Below, one piece after another: positions 18,188 through 27,381 of a stretch of DNA of 64,000 nt. Each line of letters begins with the position of its first letter. The stretch's first letter is position 1. Source of the DNA: Alphaproteobacteria bacterium (lineage in GTDB: Bacteria > Pseudomonadota > Alphaproteobacteria > UBA828); the NCBI GenBank assembly GCA_963667785.2, contig CAXXMU010000005.1, positions 1-64,000 on the forward strand, given 5' to 3'. Position numbers and translations under genes: made by a program. The notes under the pieces were generated by a model that was not told the origin of the DNA, made no database searches, and saw nothing but the letters and a program-made list of their open reading frames with translations.

Positions 18188-18558
18188 CTTTCGATTCCCC
18201 TCATTCTACAATTGGAAGAACGTCGACGGTTGTTACAGCCGTCGTGCGCTCAAACGATCTGTTTGCATTAGAGTGTGTATCCCGCTCAGCGTCAAGCGGC
18301 ATCAGTGTCTCCCGCGCAGGCAAATTGCCACTTCGGCCCGGGCGGCACAAGCACCGTTCCCCCGCACATTCTCAGCGCCGCCTCTTCTGCAGCACGCACT
18401 TCCCGCAGGCCCGGAAAGGTGGCCGCCCGCCGTCCCACGTCACGAGGAAATGAATGAAACGACGGGCGGCCGGGTAACGCGGGAGCAAGGCATCAACCTC
18501 TCCCGCCTCGCGCGGTGCCGCCTCCCCGCGCACGGCACCGGCAAGCTCGTTCGATCAG

Positions 18559-19992
18559 CTAGCGACTCCCTCCGAACGCGCCGATCATGTCGGTCCTCTT
18601 GACGGTCCCGGCCATGTGCTCGTGCTTCGCGCCCATGAACAGGCCGGTGACGAAACCCTGCTCGTAGCCGTCGCCCTTCACGTTCCAGAACCCAAGTCCG
18701 CTGACCGCGACCTTGTAGTCGATGTTGCGCGTGTGGAACCAGCGGTCGTCGGAATCGGACTCGACTCGGTTCACGAAGTAGATGTCGTCGAAGCTCAGGC
18801 TGTGTTCGCTGCCGGCGGTTGCCAGCGTGCGCAGGTCGACCTCGAGCGCGGCATCCCCTGCGATCGGCGACGGGCCGGAGAAGCCCACCAGGCCGCCGCT
18901 CCACCTGGCCCTGCCGTACAGGCTGGTGTTCTCGGCCAGCGTCGTCTCCGGTGCGACGCCGTTGGCCCACGGTTGCGGCAGTCCATTGAACAGGGCGACG
19001 CCGAAGCGCATGTTCCCATCCTCCGATTCCCCCATGACGTGGAAGGCGGTGTCCGACCATTCGCCCCAATCGTTGTAGAGATCGGTGCGCTGGCTCATGT
19101 ACATGATCTGCAGCACTTCCCGGTCGATCTTGCTGATGACGTGACCGAAATTCGGAATGTACTCGCCGGCACCCCCCATGATGCTGTCGGGGAACTCGAC
19201 ACTGTCCACATGGCCCCAAATGCCGAGCGCGTGCAGGAGCTCATGGATGATCACCTTGCGCGGCAACATGTACTCGGACGTGTCGAAGTCGTCGGGAATG
19301 TAGACGACCGATGAATTGGTGCGGTTGAGGAGCCGCGCCCTGTCGTTCACCGCACATGCCGCCGCCGTGGCACTGCATTTCGAAGCGATCGCCTGTGGCG
19401 TTTCCAGCATCACGACGATCTCGCCATAATTGGCGAAGTCCGACGTGCGTCTCCCTCCTTGGATAATCTGAAACTCCGGCGGCAGAGCATCGTTCAGTAT
19501 CCGGACGCTGCTACGCAGGGCCTGCAATATCCCCGCGTTCTTCGCGAGCGCGAAGTCAGAGTCCACATATAGGGTCGGCTGAACGCGGAAGGGAAAGAAG
19601 CCGTTGCCCCGCAGCCCGAACCGATCGGTTCCGTTGCGGGTCTGCAGATCCTCTTCATAGTTTTCCAGCCGATCCACCCCCACGCCGTCTCGACTCGCAC
19701 CCAGGAAGTAGCGGATTCCGCCTTCCGTCAGGGTGTGGCGCAGGATCTCCCGCGGCTCCAGGTCCCCGCCGATGTAGTAGAGTGTCGGGGCGTCGCCGCG
19801 CCTCATGTAGTAGGCGTGCGAGGCCGTTTCGTATGGCGTGTAGCTATGCCGCTCTCCCGCCGAATTCGAGTAGTCGAGCTGGCTTTCCAACCCTGTCGAA
19901 GCATCCTCATTCCCGCCGCTGCAGGCAGCCAGAACGAACAGGCCGGAGACGGCCACAAGGGCCAGCCTCGGCCAGCGCTTCATCATGGACAT
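18559..19992 (-). CDS. Surface lipoprotein: metzincin metalloprotease plus C-terminal TbpB-like barrel
   Basis: Lipobox LAAC; HELLHALGIWGH, Met-turn SIMG; C-terminus GLFMGAKHEHMAGT...GAFGGSR. Confidence 0.8.
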   Translation of the reverse strand: MSMMKRWPRLALVAVSGLFVLAACSGGNEDASTGLESQLDYSNSAGERHSYTPYETASHAYYMRRGDAPTLYYIGGDLEPREILRHTLTEGGIRYFLGASRDGVGVDRLENYEEDLQTRNGTDRFGLRGNGFFPFRVQPTLYVDSDFALAKNAGILQALRSSVRILNDALPPEFQIIQGGRRTSDFANYGEIVVMLETPQAIASKCSATAAACAVNDRARLLNRTNSSVVYIPDDFDTSEYMLPRKVIIHELLHALGIWGHVDSVEFPDSIMGGAGEYIPNFGHVISKIDREVLQIMYMSQRTDLYNDWGEWSDTAFHVMGESEDGNMRFGVALFNGLPQPWANGVAPETTLAENTSLYGRARWSGGLVGFSGPSPIAGDAALEVDLRTLATAGSEHSLSFDDIYFVNRVESDSDDRWFHTRNIDYKVAVSGLGFWNVKGDGYEQGFVTGLFMGAKHEHMAGTVKRTDMIGAFGGSR

Positions 19993-20004
19993 GGTTTCCC
20001 CCTA

Positions 20005-20166
20005 TCATTTCTTCTTGTCCGCCATGCACTTCCCGCAGAGTGGGCCCTTGGTGTTCTTCCTCCTGCCGCAGCCCTGGCAGAGGCCGGCGGTGCGCCAGCG
20101 CTTGCGGGCGGCGCCCTTCGTCTCGCCGCGGCGGCGGCGCGGGGAGGCGCGGCTCTTGTCCGTCAC
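20005..20166 (-). CDS. Small basic CxxC-CxxC zinc-finger protein
   Basis: GLCQGCG...LCGKC; start uncertain (GTG 20166 or ATG 20223). Confidence 0.45.
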   Translation of the reverse strand: MTDKSRASPRRRRGETKGAARKRWRTAGLCQGCGRRKNTKGPLCGKCMADKKK

Positions 20167-20237
20167 CCCAGTCCCGTCGCTCGCATTACGCTCCGGTCCG
20201 ATCGACAGGCCGTGCGCAAGCATTCGCGGATGTCGCT

Positions 20238-20501
20238 TCAGATATTCGGATCAAGCGGCAGCAGCTCGATTTCGAAACGTGCAAGGACCCTCTCAAGTAG
20301 CTCCAATTGTACTTGAGTATACGCGCCATCCCGCACAGGACACGGGATCACGAATGGGGTCTTGTCGCCGGGAGCCAGAAAGCCCATTTCGGTCGCGCTA
20401 TCCAGTTCCTCGTATCGCTCGCATCCTCGGGCAACGAGATTCGCCTCGACGATCTTGATGTCGACTATCAGCAGCCCTCCGCCACCCATGGCATTCCCCA
20501 C
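20238..20501 (-). CDS. HicA-like small protein (putative toxin)
   Basis: IVEANLVARGCE...PFVIPCP...LLERVL; overlaps HicB-like gene; start uncertain. Confidence 0.4.
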   Translation of the reverse strand: MGNAMGGGGLLIVDIKIVEANLVARGCERYEELDSATEMGFLAPGDKTPFVIPCPVRDGAYTQVQLELLERVLARFEIELLPLDPNI

Positions 20502-20806
20502 CTTGTCGGCTCGACGGGCGACACAACTCCCAAGCGAAGCCGCGCTGCCCGCCTTTTCTCCAGCCGTTGGCTGAACTTGCTAAAAGTCCCTTGTGGGGCA
20601 TATGCCACATCCCGGCCGTACTGCACCTTGACGAGCCTGTCCAGCGCAGGCCCTACGGCTGCGAATGCCGTTTCCAGGTCTGCGTGTGCTACACACAGAC
20701 CTGGAATCCGCTTGTCGACCGAAATGAAGAAGTGGGCACCATCCACATAGACGTGGACGACCTTCACCCTTCTGGGTGGCCCTTCGCCAAACAGCCACTT
20801 CCACAT
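20468..20806 (-). CDS. HicB/DUF1902-like protein
   Basis: FFISVDKRIPGLCVAHADLETAFAAV; ATG 20806. Confidence 0.55.
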   Translation of the reverse strand: MWKWLFGEGPPRRVKVVHVYVDGAHFFISVDKRIPGLCVAHADLETAFAAVGPALDRLVKVQYGRDVAYAPQGTFSKFSQRLEKRRAARLRLGVVSPVEPTRWGMPWVAEGC

Positions 20807-20986
20807 GGCGAACTCTCCCCAAGCCCGATCATGTTCCTCTTCGAGGTCGCACCTTGCGCCGCTGCGCGGTCGACGGCCGCAGGGTAGCATTTCCTGGTCG
20901 TTTCGTCGATACGGTTATCATTGCATGGGCTTGCGACCGCTGCGTATATACGCCGTCGTTGAGCCAATGTGTATATACAAGCCTCA

Positions 20987-22366
20987 TCAGAACAGCCGCA
21001 CGAAGCGCAGCTCCCCCCGCGTCCGCTCGAAGTCGTGGAGCTGCGCGTTGGTATCCCGCTTCTCGTAGACGAGCGAGACCTCCGGGCTGAAGCCCAGCAC
21101 CGTGATGCCCCGGTTGTGCAGCGAGGCGCGCAGGCTGCGGGTGCGGTCCACCCGCGCGCCGTTGTCCGGCACGTGCGGGAACCAGCCGCTGCCGTAATCC
21201 GTCCGCCGGTACTCGGCGCCGCCGCCCAGGGTGAAGCCCTCGGGCAGGATCACCGAGACGCCCGCGCCGATGCGCCTGCTCAGGTTGCGCGCCCGCGTAG
21301 ACCTCGGCCGCTCCCGCCCGTAGCCGGCGGAGAGGTCCACCCGCAGCGTCGGCGTGATGACCCACCCGGCGCCCAGCGAGAGATCCGCCACCGGGCCGTC
21401 GAGGGAGGTCTGCGTGCGGTAGCGCCGCCCCTGCCACGAGGCGCCGCCGCTCAGCGTCAGGTGCGTATTGAAGCGGTGGCCCACCTCGAGGCGCGTGCCC
21501 AGCGCGTGGTGGTCCTTCACCGTTCCGGCCCAGCGCTGGCTCGCGGTGGCGAGCACGCTTGCCTCGGTATCCCGGTCGAGCAGCACGCGCGGGCCGAGAT
21601 GGACCGAGGCGTAGGTCTCGTCGAAGCGCGAGTGGCTGTACTCCCGCCGCGAGGCGGTGCCGCCGGCGCGGAGCCGCGTCTGCGGCCCGAGCGGCGCCTG
21701 GTACTCCGCCCCGCCCCAGACCGAGAGGCCGATGCCCGAGGTGACCAGGTCCTCCTCGTCCCGCACGAAGGGGAGGCCGTAGATGTAGATGATCCGCTCG
21801 CCCGAGGTGCCGCCGAGGTTGCTGTCCGGCAGGAGCGCGAGGCCGGCGTTGTAGCTCCAGCGCCGGCGCGCGCGGATCGCCTCGAGGAAGCGCCGGACGT
21901 TGGCCACGACGGGCGGCGGCACGTCGCCCGCCAGCACCCACTCGAAGTGCTCGCGGGCGAGGTCGTCCTCCCCCTGGTGGTAGAAGGCGCGCGCGAGCTC
22001 CAGCCGCACCCGCACCAGCGAGGGGTCGCGGTTGAGGATGACGCGGAAGGCGGCGATCGAGAGGTCCAGCAGCAGCGCGCGCTCGTCTTCCGGGAGACCG
22101 GGCCGCTGGGAGGCCTGCGTGGCGGACAGGCCGAGGAGGAAGAGCGCGTCGTTGCGCCGGGGGTGGTCGGGATGCTGCTCTACCAGCGGGTTGAGGATCG
22201 CCAGCGCGTCCTCGAAGCGGCCTGCGTCCACCAGCCTCTCCGCCACCGCGAGAGCCTCGGACACGGTGAGGGATGTCGGCGCGGCCTCGTCCGCGGCCGC
22301 GCCCCAGGCGGGGAGCAGGATGCAGGCGCAGAGGGCGAGGGTGCGGCAGAGGGGGGCGAGGGGCAT
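20987..22366 (-). CDS. Slam/DUF560 outer-membrane translocon (T11SS)
   Basis: Signal peptide; TPR-like RVRLELARAFY...AREHFEWVLAG..PPPV..NVRRFL; LPDSNL; barrel ending ELRFVRLF. Confidence 0.88.
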   Translation of the reverse strand: MPLAPLCRTLALCACILLPAWGAAADEAAPTSLTVSEALAVAERLVDAGRFEDALAILNPLVEQHPDHPRRNDALFLLGLSATQASQRPGLPEDERALLLDLSIAAFRVILNRDPSLVRVRLELARAFYHQGEDDLAREHFEWVLAGDVPPPVVANVRRFLEAIRARRRWSYNAGLALLPDSNLGGTSGERIIYIYGLPFVRDEEDLVTSGIGLSVWGGAEYQAPLGPQTRLRAGGTASRREYSHSRFDETYASVHLGPRVLLDRDTEASVLATASQRWAGTVKDHHALGTRLEVGHRFNTHLTLSGGASWQGRRYRTQTSLDGPVADLSLGAGWVITPTLRVDLSAGYGRERPRSTRARNLSRRIGAGVSVILPEGFTLGGGAEYRRTDYGSGWFPHVPDNGARVDRTRSLRASLHNRGITVLGFSPEVSLVYEKRDTNAQLHDFERTRGELRFVRLF

Positions 22367-22393
22367 GGCGGGCCGGGACGGTGGAATCGGCGG

Positions 22394-22427
22394 AAAGAAA
22401 AAGGGCGGCGACCGAAGCCGCCGCCCT
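22394..22427 (-). terminator. Intrinsic terminator after lipoprotein gene
   Basis: Minus strand agggcggcggc-ttcg-gtcgccgccc followed by TTTTTCTTT. Confidence 0.8.
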
Positions 22428-22480
22428 CCGGGGGAGGCTGGGGTTGCCAACCCCTCCCGGCACCCGCTTACGGATGGCCT

Positions 22481-24334
22481 CTAGTTGGAGGCCGGAACGA
22501 GAGTGGCACCGAAGGCGCCGACGATGTGGGCCCGCGAGCCGATCGAGGCGTCGAACGTGCCAGTGACGGCCCCCGGCTGAGCGGTGGAGCTACCGTCCGT
22601 CGGCTGCGGACCACGCCAGGTGTAGTTCCAAGTCCCTGCACCCTTCGCGGCACCACCCAGCGACCACGTGGCCACGGCGGGGGTCTGACCCGTGGCACCG
22701 GTCTGCGCCACGAAGTCAGTGGGCGATGGCGTGCCAGCAGTGGCACCGTTGGCATCCACTGCCGCCAGCGTCACCTTCCACTTGCTCAGGCTCTCACCGC
22801 CCGACATGAAGTCGGTGATCTCACCGGTGAGCTTCACACCGTTGTCATCCTCCGTGTCGTCGGCGGGGGTGTTGTCGATGTCGAAATCCGCCGTGAGCGT
22901 CGCCGTGGCCGTCCAGTGCGCGGCCTCGGCCGTGTCTTCGAGCGTGTCGGCCATGCTGTACTTGCCGGCAGCCGCGCCCTTGTAGGTGGCCTTTCCATCG
23001 ACGTTACCGACGGTGGGATCGCTGTCGCCACCCGCAATATCCTGCTCCAAGTCACCATGGCCCATGGCGAAGGTGTCGAACGAGTACGTGCCGTCGGCGT
23101 CCAGCCACCAGCCCAGGGACAGATAGGCGGCATCCTGAACGTCTATCATGGCGTTCGCATCCGTGGGGGCAAATCTCCACTGGGGAGTATCCGACGGCGC
23201 CGTTACCGAACCGTCGGAGTTGCGGGCCGGCAGGTCACAGTCTCCGGCCGGACCCGTACAGGTGAACGTGCCCGATACACCGCGAACCGAGCCGGTGAAC
23301 GAATGGACATCGTCGGCTTCACCTGTTCCCTTGGGATCGGTCGCGGAGACGGCACTGTCTCTCATGACGTCTGTCCACTGGATTTCCTGCGCGTTTTTCG
23401 TGCCCCTGTTCGGATCCACAGTGTACTTGCGCGTGTTGTTCTCCACGATGCCGTTGTACAGCACGCCGATGAGCGTCGGCGTCGCGTTCGCGATGTCGCT
23501 GTAGACGACGAGCGTGTTGTCGCCGTCGATCCCGCTCTTCGTCAACGTCCTGCCGCGCCAGCCCGCGGGCATACCCGATTCCGCCCCGCCGTCCGTATAG
23601 CCGGTGGACTTCACCACCAGCTCGGACGCCGACGCTTCCACCTTGTAATCCGGCGCCTCGCCGCCGGCCGCCCGAATGGCCGTGTTGACCTTCTTGGCCT
23701 TGGCGATCGCGGCCGCGCTCTTGCTGTCGTCGGCGTCCTGGTCGATCTTCGCCTGAAGGTCGTCGGCGCGCTTCGTCTCGGCGGCCAGATCCTCCGTCAG
23801 CTCGTCCACCTTGTCGTTGGCCGCATCGAGCTGCGTCTGCAGATCGGTCGCGTTGTCCTGCGCCGTCGAGAGCTCGCCCTCCAGGCGGGTCACCTCGGCC
23901 ATCTCCGCATCGAGCTTCGTCTGCAGATCGGCCGCGTTGTCCTTCGACGTCGAGAGCTCGCCCTCCAGGCGGGTCACGTTGCCGTTCGCCGTGGCAAGCT
24001 CGCCCTCCAGGCGCGTCACCTCGGCCATCTCCGCATCGAGCTTCGTCTGCAGATCGGCCGCGTTGTCCTGCGACGCCGACAGCTCGCCCGTGAGGCGGGT
24101 CACCTCGCCGTTGGCCGTGGCCAGATCGGTCTCCAGCTTGTCGAGGGCCGCCGGCGTGAGGATGCCGTCGCCGTCATACGCAGCGAGCAATGCCTCAAGC
24201 TGCTTCTCGGCCTCGTCGGCCCGCGTGTTCGCGGCGTTCTCGCCCGAGCTGGAGCAGCCGTACATGACGGCCGAAAGCGCGACGATCGAGGCCGCCGCCA
24301 TCAAGCTGCGAGTCAGGGGGGTCTTCTTTCTCAT
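22481..24334 (-). CDS. Surface lipoprotein: coiled-coil stalk plus TbpB-like barrel (T11SS cargo)
   Basis: Lipobox MYGC; repeated DLQTKLDAEMAEVTRLEGEL; GKATYKGAAAGKY, ATLTADF, GTFDA...GAFGA; adjacent to Slam. Confidence 0.82.
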   Translation of the reverse strand: MRKKTPLTRSLMAAASIVALSAVMYGCSSSGENAANTRADEAEKQLEALLAAYDGDGILTPAALDKLETDLATANGEVTRLTGELSASQDNAADLQTKLDAEMAEVTRLEGELATANGNVTRLEGELSTSKDNAADLQTKLDAEMAEVTRLEGELSTAQDNATDLQTQLDAANDKVDELTEDLAAETKRADDLQAKIDQDADDSKSAAAIAKAKKVNTAIRAAGGEAPDYKVEASASELVVKSTGYTDGGAESGMPAGWRGRTLTKSGIDGDNTLVVYSDIANATPTLIGVLYNGIVENNTRKYTVDPNRGTKNAQEIQWTDVMRDSAVSATDPKGTGEADDVHSFTGSVRGVSGTFTCTGPAGDCDLPARNSDGSVTAPSDTPQWRFAPTDANAMIDVQDAAYLSLGWWLDADGTYSFDTFAMGHGDLEQDIAGGDSDPTVGNVDGKATYKGAAAGKYSMADTLEDTAEAAHWTATATLTADFDIDNTPADDTEDDNGVKLTGEITDFMSGGESLSKWKVTLAAVDANGATAGTPSPTDFVAQTGATGQTPAVATWSLGGAAKGAGTWNYTWRGPQPTDGSSTAQPGAVTGTFDASIGSRAHIVGAFGATLVPASN

Positions 24335-24402
24335 GGCGTTGCCCAGTCCTTCCATTAGGTTGCCGGTTGCCGCCCCGACTCGGCAGGGCGTGAGCCAATG
24401 GC

Positions 24403-24432
24403 AGATTGCCAAAGCGGAAATAGCGTTGTCAA
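24403..24432 (-). promoter_or_regulatory. Putative sigma70 promoter of lipoprotein-slam unit
   Basis: TTGACA-18bp-CAATCT on minus strand. Confidence 0.4.
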
Positions 24433-24522
24433 CGGCGAATTTCGCAGATGGCCGAGCCTCCGAGCCGGACAGCCATTCCGCCCCATTCTAGAGCATGTCC
24501 GCTTTATGCGGAAACGCTCCAG

Positions 24523-25150
24523 CTCCTTTGTCGCTCACGAGCTTCTTTATCGCTCACGGCAGCCGGCCGTCGCGCGATTCCGCGCGCCTGCCGGCGCCGT
24601 CGCGCGTCCACGCGCGCGGAGCGCACGATGCGGGCGCGCCGCATGCGCGGCGGGCCGCAGTCGCGGCCTGTCGCGTATCCGGCAAAGACGGATACGCTCT
24701 AGCTAGAGCACGTTTCGTTCAGACACGATCGCAGCGAGTTGCTGCGGGTGCCCAATCTTCGTGCGGTGTTGCCCGAGCTTCCCCCACCTCACCCCGGCCC
24801 TCTCCGCCCCCAGGGGCGGAGAGGGAGTAACGCGCGCTCATGCGCGCGTTTCCGCGCGACGCGCTCGCTCCGCGAGCTTTGCTCGGGGGCGGAGAGGGAG
24901 AGAAGGCGGCGCCGTCACGTTCCCCCTCCGCCTTTGGGGGAGGGGGACAGGGGGAGGTGGGAGTCAAGCCGTGGTGACCTCGTATGGTCGGATAATGCTC
25001 TAGCTTCTTTATCGCTCACGAGCTTCTTTATCGCTCACGGCAGCCGGCCGTCGCGCGTCCACGCGCGCGGAGCGCACGATGCGGGCGCGCCGCATAAGCG
25101 GCGGGCCGCAGTCGCGGCCTGTCGCGTATCCGTCAAGGACGGATACGCTC
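24523..25150. repeat. Direct repeats of ~150-180 bp flanking a MITE-like element
   Basis: cttctttatcgctcacggcagccggccgtcgcgcg...ggatacgctc at ~24523-24699 and ~25004-25150. Confidence 0.85.
24703..25003. mobile_element. MITE/RIME-like element with CTAGAGCA...TGCTCTAG ends and internal BoxC-like palindromes
   Basis: 8-bp terminal inverted repeat; ccctctccgcccccaggggcggagaggg hairpin with an inverted relative near 24920-24960. Confidence 0.65.
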
Positions 25151-25208
25151 CAAGAGCATCCACCCGGCGCGGGCGAATCGCGCCTGCGGCGGCGCGGGCG
25201 GCGGGTTT

Positions 25209-25967
25209 TCACGCCGTCGGCCGCCTCGCGTGGGCCGGCAGCGGGGCGTCCTGCCACCACGCCCGCTTGCCCTGCGGCACAGGCTCCGGCTCGTCGAGCC
25301 AGCCCTCCCCGCTCAGCCAGGTCGCCGGGTGGCGGATGTACTGCGCGTCCTTGCCCTTCACCGCCTCGGCGTAGCGCTTGATGCCGGCGAGCAGGGTGTC
25401 GGCGTCGGTCTTCCTGAGCGCGGCCCGGTATGCCTTCCTCGCCTGCCCCTTGGCCACCTTGCGGGGGACGTGCTCCCACCACGCCTCGAAATCCGCTTCG
25501 CCGATCGAATCAGATTCTTTCTTCTGTTCTGGTTCTGGAGTCTGGCTCTGGCTAGCAGAGCGTTCGCACCTCCGTTCCTGCTGCGCTTTCGATGCGTTCG
25601 CACATGCGTTCGGAGGTGCGGTCGCATCTGCGATCGCATCGTTTCTGCCCTTGCCATGACGGATGCGAGCGGACTCCCGCGCCTTCTCGCTGCGCTCGCG
25701 CTGAGCGGCAATTTCCTCCGTGGCCCGCTTGTTCGTCCAGCCGTCCGTCCCGAGCTCCCAGAACTCCGCCAACACCGTGCGGATGGCTTCGTGCTCGTCA
25801 GGCTCCGTCGCCCTCAGAAGCCTGAATATCCTCCGCTCGTCCGCCGGCAGCGGTTTCTCCGTGGCGTAGCAGGCGTCCATGAGGAGGCGGTAGGCACCGT
25901 GCTCCAGGATGGACAGGTGGCCGGTGTCTCGCTGGTAGTCGCCGATGAAGTGCTTGTAGAAGATCAT
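25209..25967 (-). CDS. Phage replication initiator (YdaU/DUF1376 family)
   Basis: FYKHFIGDYQRDTGHLSILEHGAYRLL; FEAWW...PRKVAK; YIRHPATWLSGEGW. Confidence 0.88.
   Translation of the reverse strand: MIFYKHFIGDYQRDTGHLSILEHGAYRLLMDACYATEKPLPADERRIFRLLRATEPDEHEAIRTVLAEFWELGTDGWTNKRATEEIAAQRERSEKARESARIRHGKGRNDAIADATAPPNACANASKAQQERRCERSASQSQTPEPEQKKESDSIGEADFEAWWEHVPRKVAKGQARKAYRAALRKTDADTLLAGIKRYAEAVKGKDAQYIRHPATWLSGEGWLDEPEPVPQGKRAWWQDAPLPAHARRPTA
25593..25640. promoter_or_regulatory. Putative replication-origin iterons inside rep
   Basis: TGCGnTCGsA at 25593, 25605, 25617, 25629 (12-bp period). Confidence 0.6.
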
Positions 25968-25977
25968 GCGCGCGGCC

Positions 25978-27381
25978 TCACACCGGGTCCGAGAACCGCA
26001 TCGTGGGCCCGTCCCAGCGTAGCGGGATGGTGTCCGCCCGGCCGTGCCGGTTCTTCGCGACGATCAGCTCGGCGCCGCCCCGCACCAGATCCATGCGCTC
26101 CTGCCAGGCGGCGTGGTCGGCCTCCCGCGAGGGATCGGGCTGCGACTGCTTGAGAAAATACTCCTCGCGGTAGATCATGCCGACGGTGTCGGCGTCCTGC
26201 TCGATCGAGCCGGAATCCCGGAGGTCGGCCAAGGTGGGGCGCTTCGAATCCCTGCGGTTGGGATCGCGGTTCAGCTGGCTCAGCAGCACCACCGGGATTC
26301 GCAGTTCCTTGGCGAGGCTCTTGAGCGCGCCCGTGATCTCGGCGATCTGGTAGACCCGCAGCGCCTTCTGCATGGACGGCGACGGCCGGATGAGCTGCAG
26401 ATAGTCCACGACCAGAAGGGCCAGACCCTTCCGCTTCCACCGCCGCGCGTCGGACCCTATCCGCTCCACCGTCTGCCCGCCGGCGTCGGAGAACTGCAGG
26501 GGCAGGTCGGCCAGATCGTGCCGCGCACGATAGATCGCGTCGAACTCGCGCTGCTCGAGCCGGCCGGTCCGCACCCGATGATGTTCCAGGCGGGCCTCTC
26601 CGGCCAACGCGCGCATGGTCAGTTGCTCGGCGGACATTTCCAGCGACACGTAGCCCGTCATCGCCCCCGCCCGAGCGGCCGCGAGCGCCCACTCCAGCCC
26701 CATCGCCGTCTTGCCCATGCCGGTGGATCCGGCGACCACAACGAGGTCCGGGGCCTGCAAGCCGCCGACCGCATCGTCCACGCTCGCCAGCCCGGTGCTG
26801 ATGCCGGGCAGCGCTCCGTCGAGCTTGTAGGCCCGCTCGACCCGGGCGAGCGCCTGATCGGCCGCAGCCGCCATGTCCAGGCGCTGCGCGCGCGCCTCGG
26901 CACCGTCGTCCAGCAACGTGCGAAGAGCCGCCTCCGCATCCTCGATCAGCTCCGTCGCCGATCGGTCGAGCGGGGCGGCAGCGGCCTTCTCGGCTGCGTC
27001 TTCGGCGAGCGCGATGAGCCCGCGCCGCAGCGCCATATCGTGGATGGCGCGCCCGTAGTGCTCGGCGTTGATCACGGTCACGGCGGATGCCGCGAGCCGC
27101 GCCAGGTACTGGCCGCCGCCGGCCTCCTCCAGCGCCTCGTCGTTCTCGAAGTGGTGGTTGAGCGTCACGGGGTTGGCGATCTCCGCCCGCCCCATCAGCG
27201 TCAGCACCGCGTCGTAGATGCGGCCGTGAACCGGCAACGCGAAGTGGTCGGCGCGCAGAAATGCGCTGACCAGGTGCGCTGCCTCGTTGTTGACCAGAAG
27301 CGCGCCGAGAAGCGCTTGCTCCGCTTCCAGGTTGGTCGGCATGGGCCGGTGGTGGTCGCCGACCTTCTCGGTGGCGCTCAT
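25978..27381 (-). CDS. dnaB: Phage-borne replicative DNA helicase
   Basis: EAEQALLGALL, AGSTGMGKT, SLEMS, VVDYLQL, LSQLNR, DLRDSGSIEQDAD, KNRHG. Confidence 0.95.
   Translation of the reverse strand: MSATEKVGDHHRPMPTNLEAEQALLGALLVNNEAAHLVSAFLRADHFALPVHGRIYDAVLTLMGRAEIANPVTLNHHFENDEALEEAGGGQYLARLAASAVTVINAEHYGRAIHDMALRRGLIALAEDAAEKAAAAPLDRSATELIEDAEAALRTLLDDGAEARAQRLDMAAAADQALARVERAYKLDGALPGISTGLASVDDAVGGLQAPDLVVVAGSTGMGKTAMGLEWALAAARAGAMTGYVSLEMSAEQLTMRALAGEARLEHHRVRTGRLEQREFDAIYRARHDLADLPLQFSDAGGQTVERIGSDARRWKRKGLALLVVDYLQLIRPSPSMQKALRVYQIAEITGALKSLAKELRIPVVLLSQLNRDPNRRDSKRPTLADLRDSGSIEQDADTVGMIYREEYFLKQSQPDPSREADHAAWQERMDLVRGGAELIVAKNRHGRADTIPLRWDGPTMRFSDPV

Noticed and set aside
20905-20925. 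Fur-like box (AATGATAACCGTATC, minus strand)
   Set aside because: Only one half matches and no iron-related gene follows
20969-24358. 1129-aa plus-strand ORF and similar long ORFs (e.g. 41864-44671, 49618-51999, 2662-4341)
   Set aside because: Antisense shadows of real genes in high-GC DNA; no recognisable motifs
24523-25150. Possible CRISPR array
   Set aside because: Only two long copies, no regular unique spacers, no cas genes
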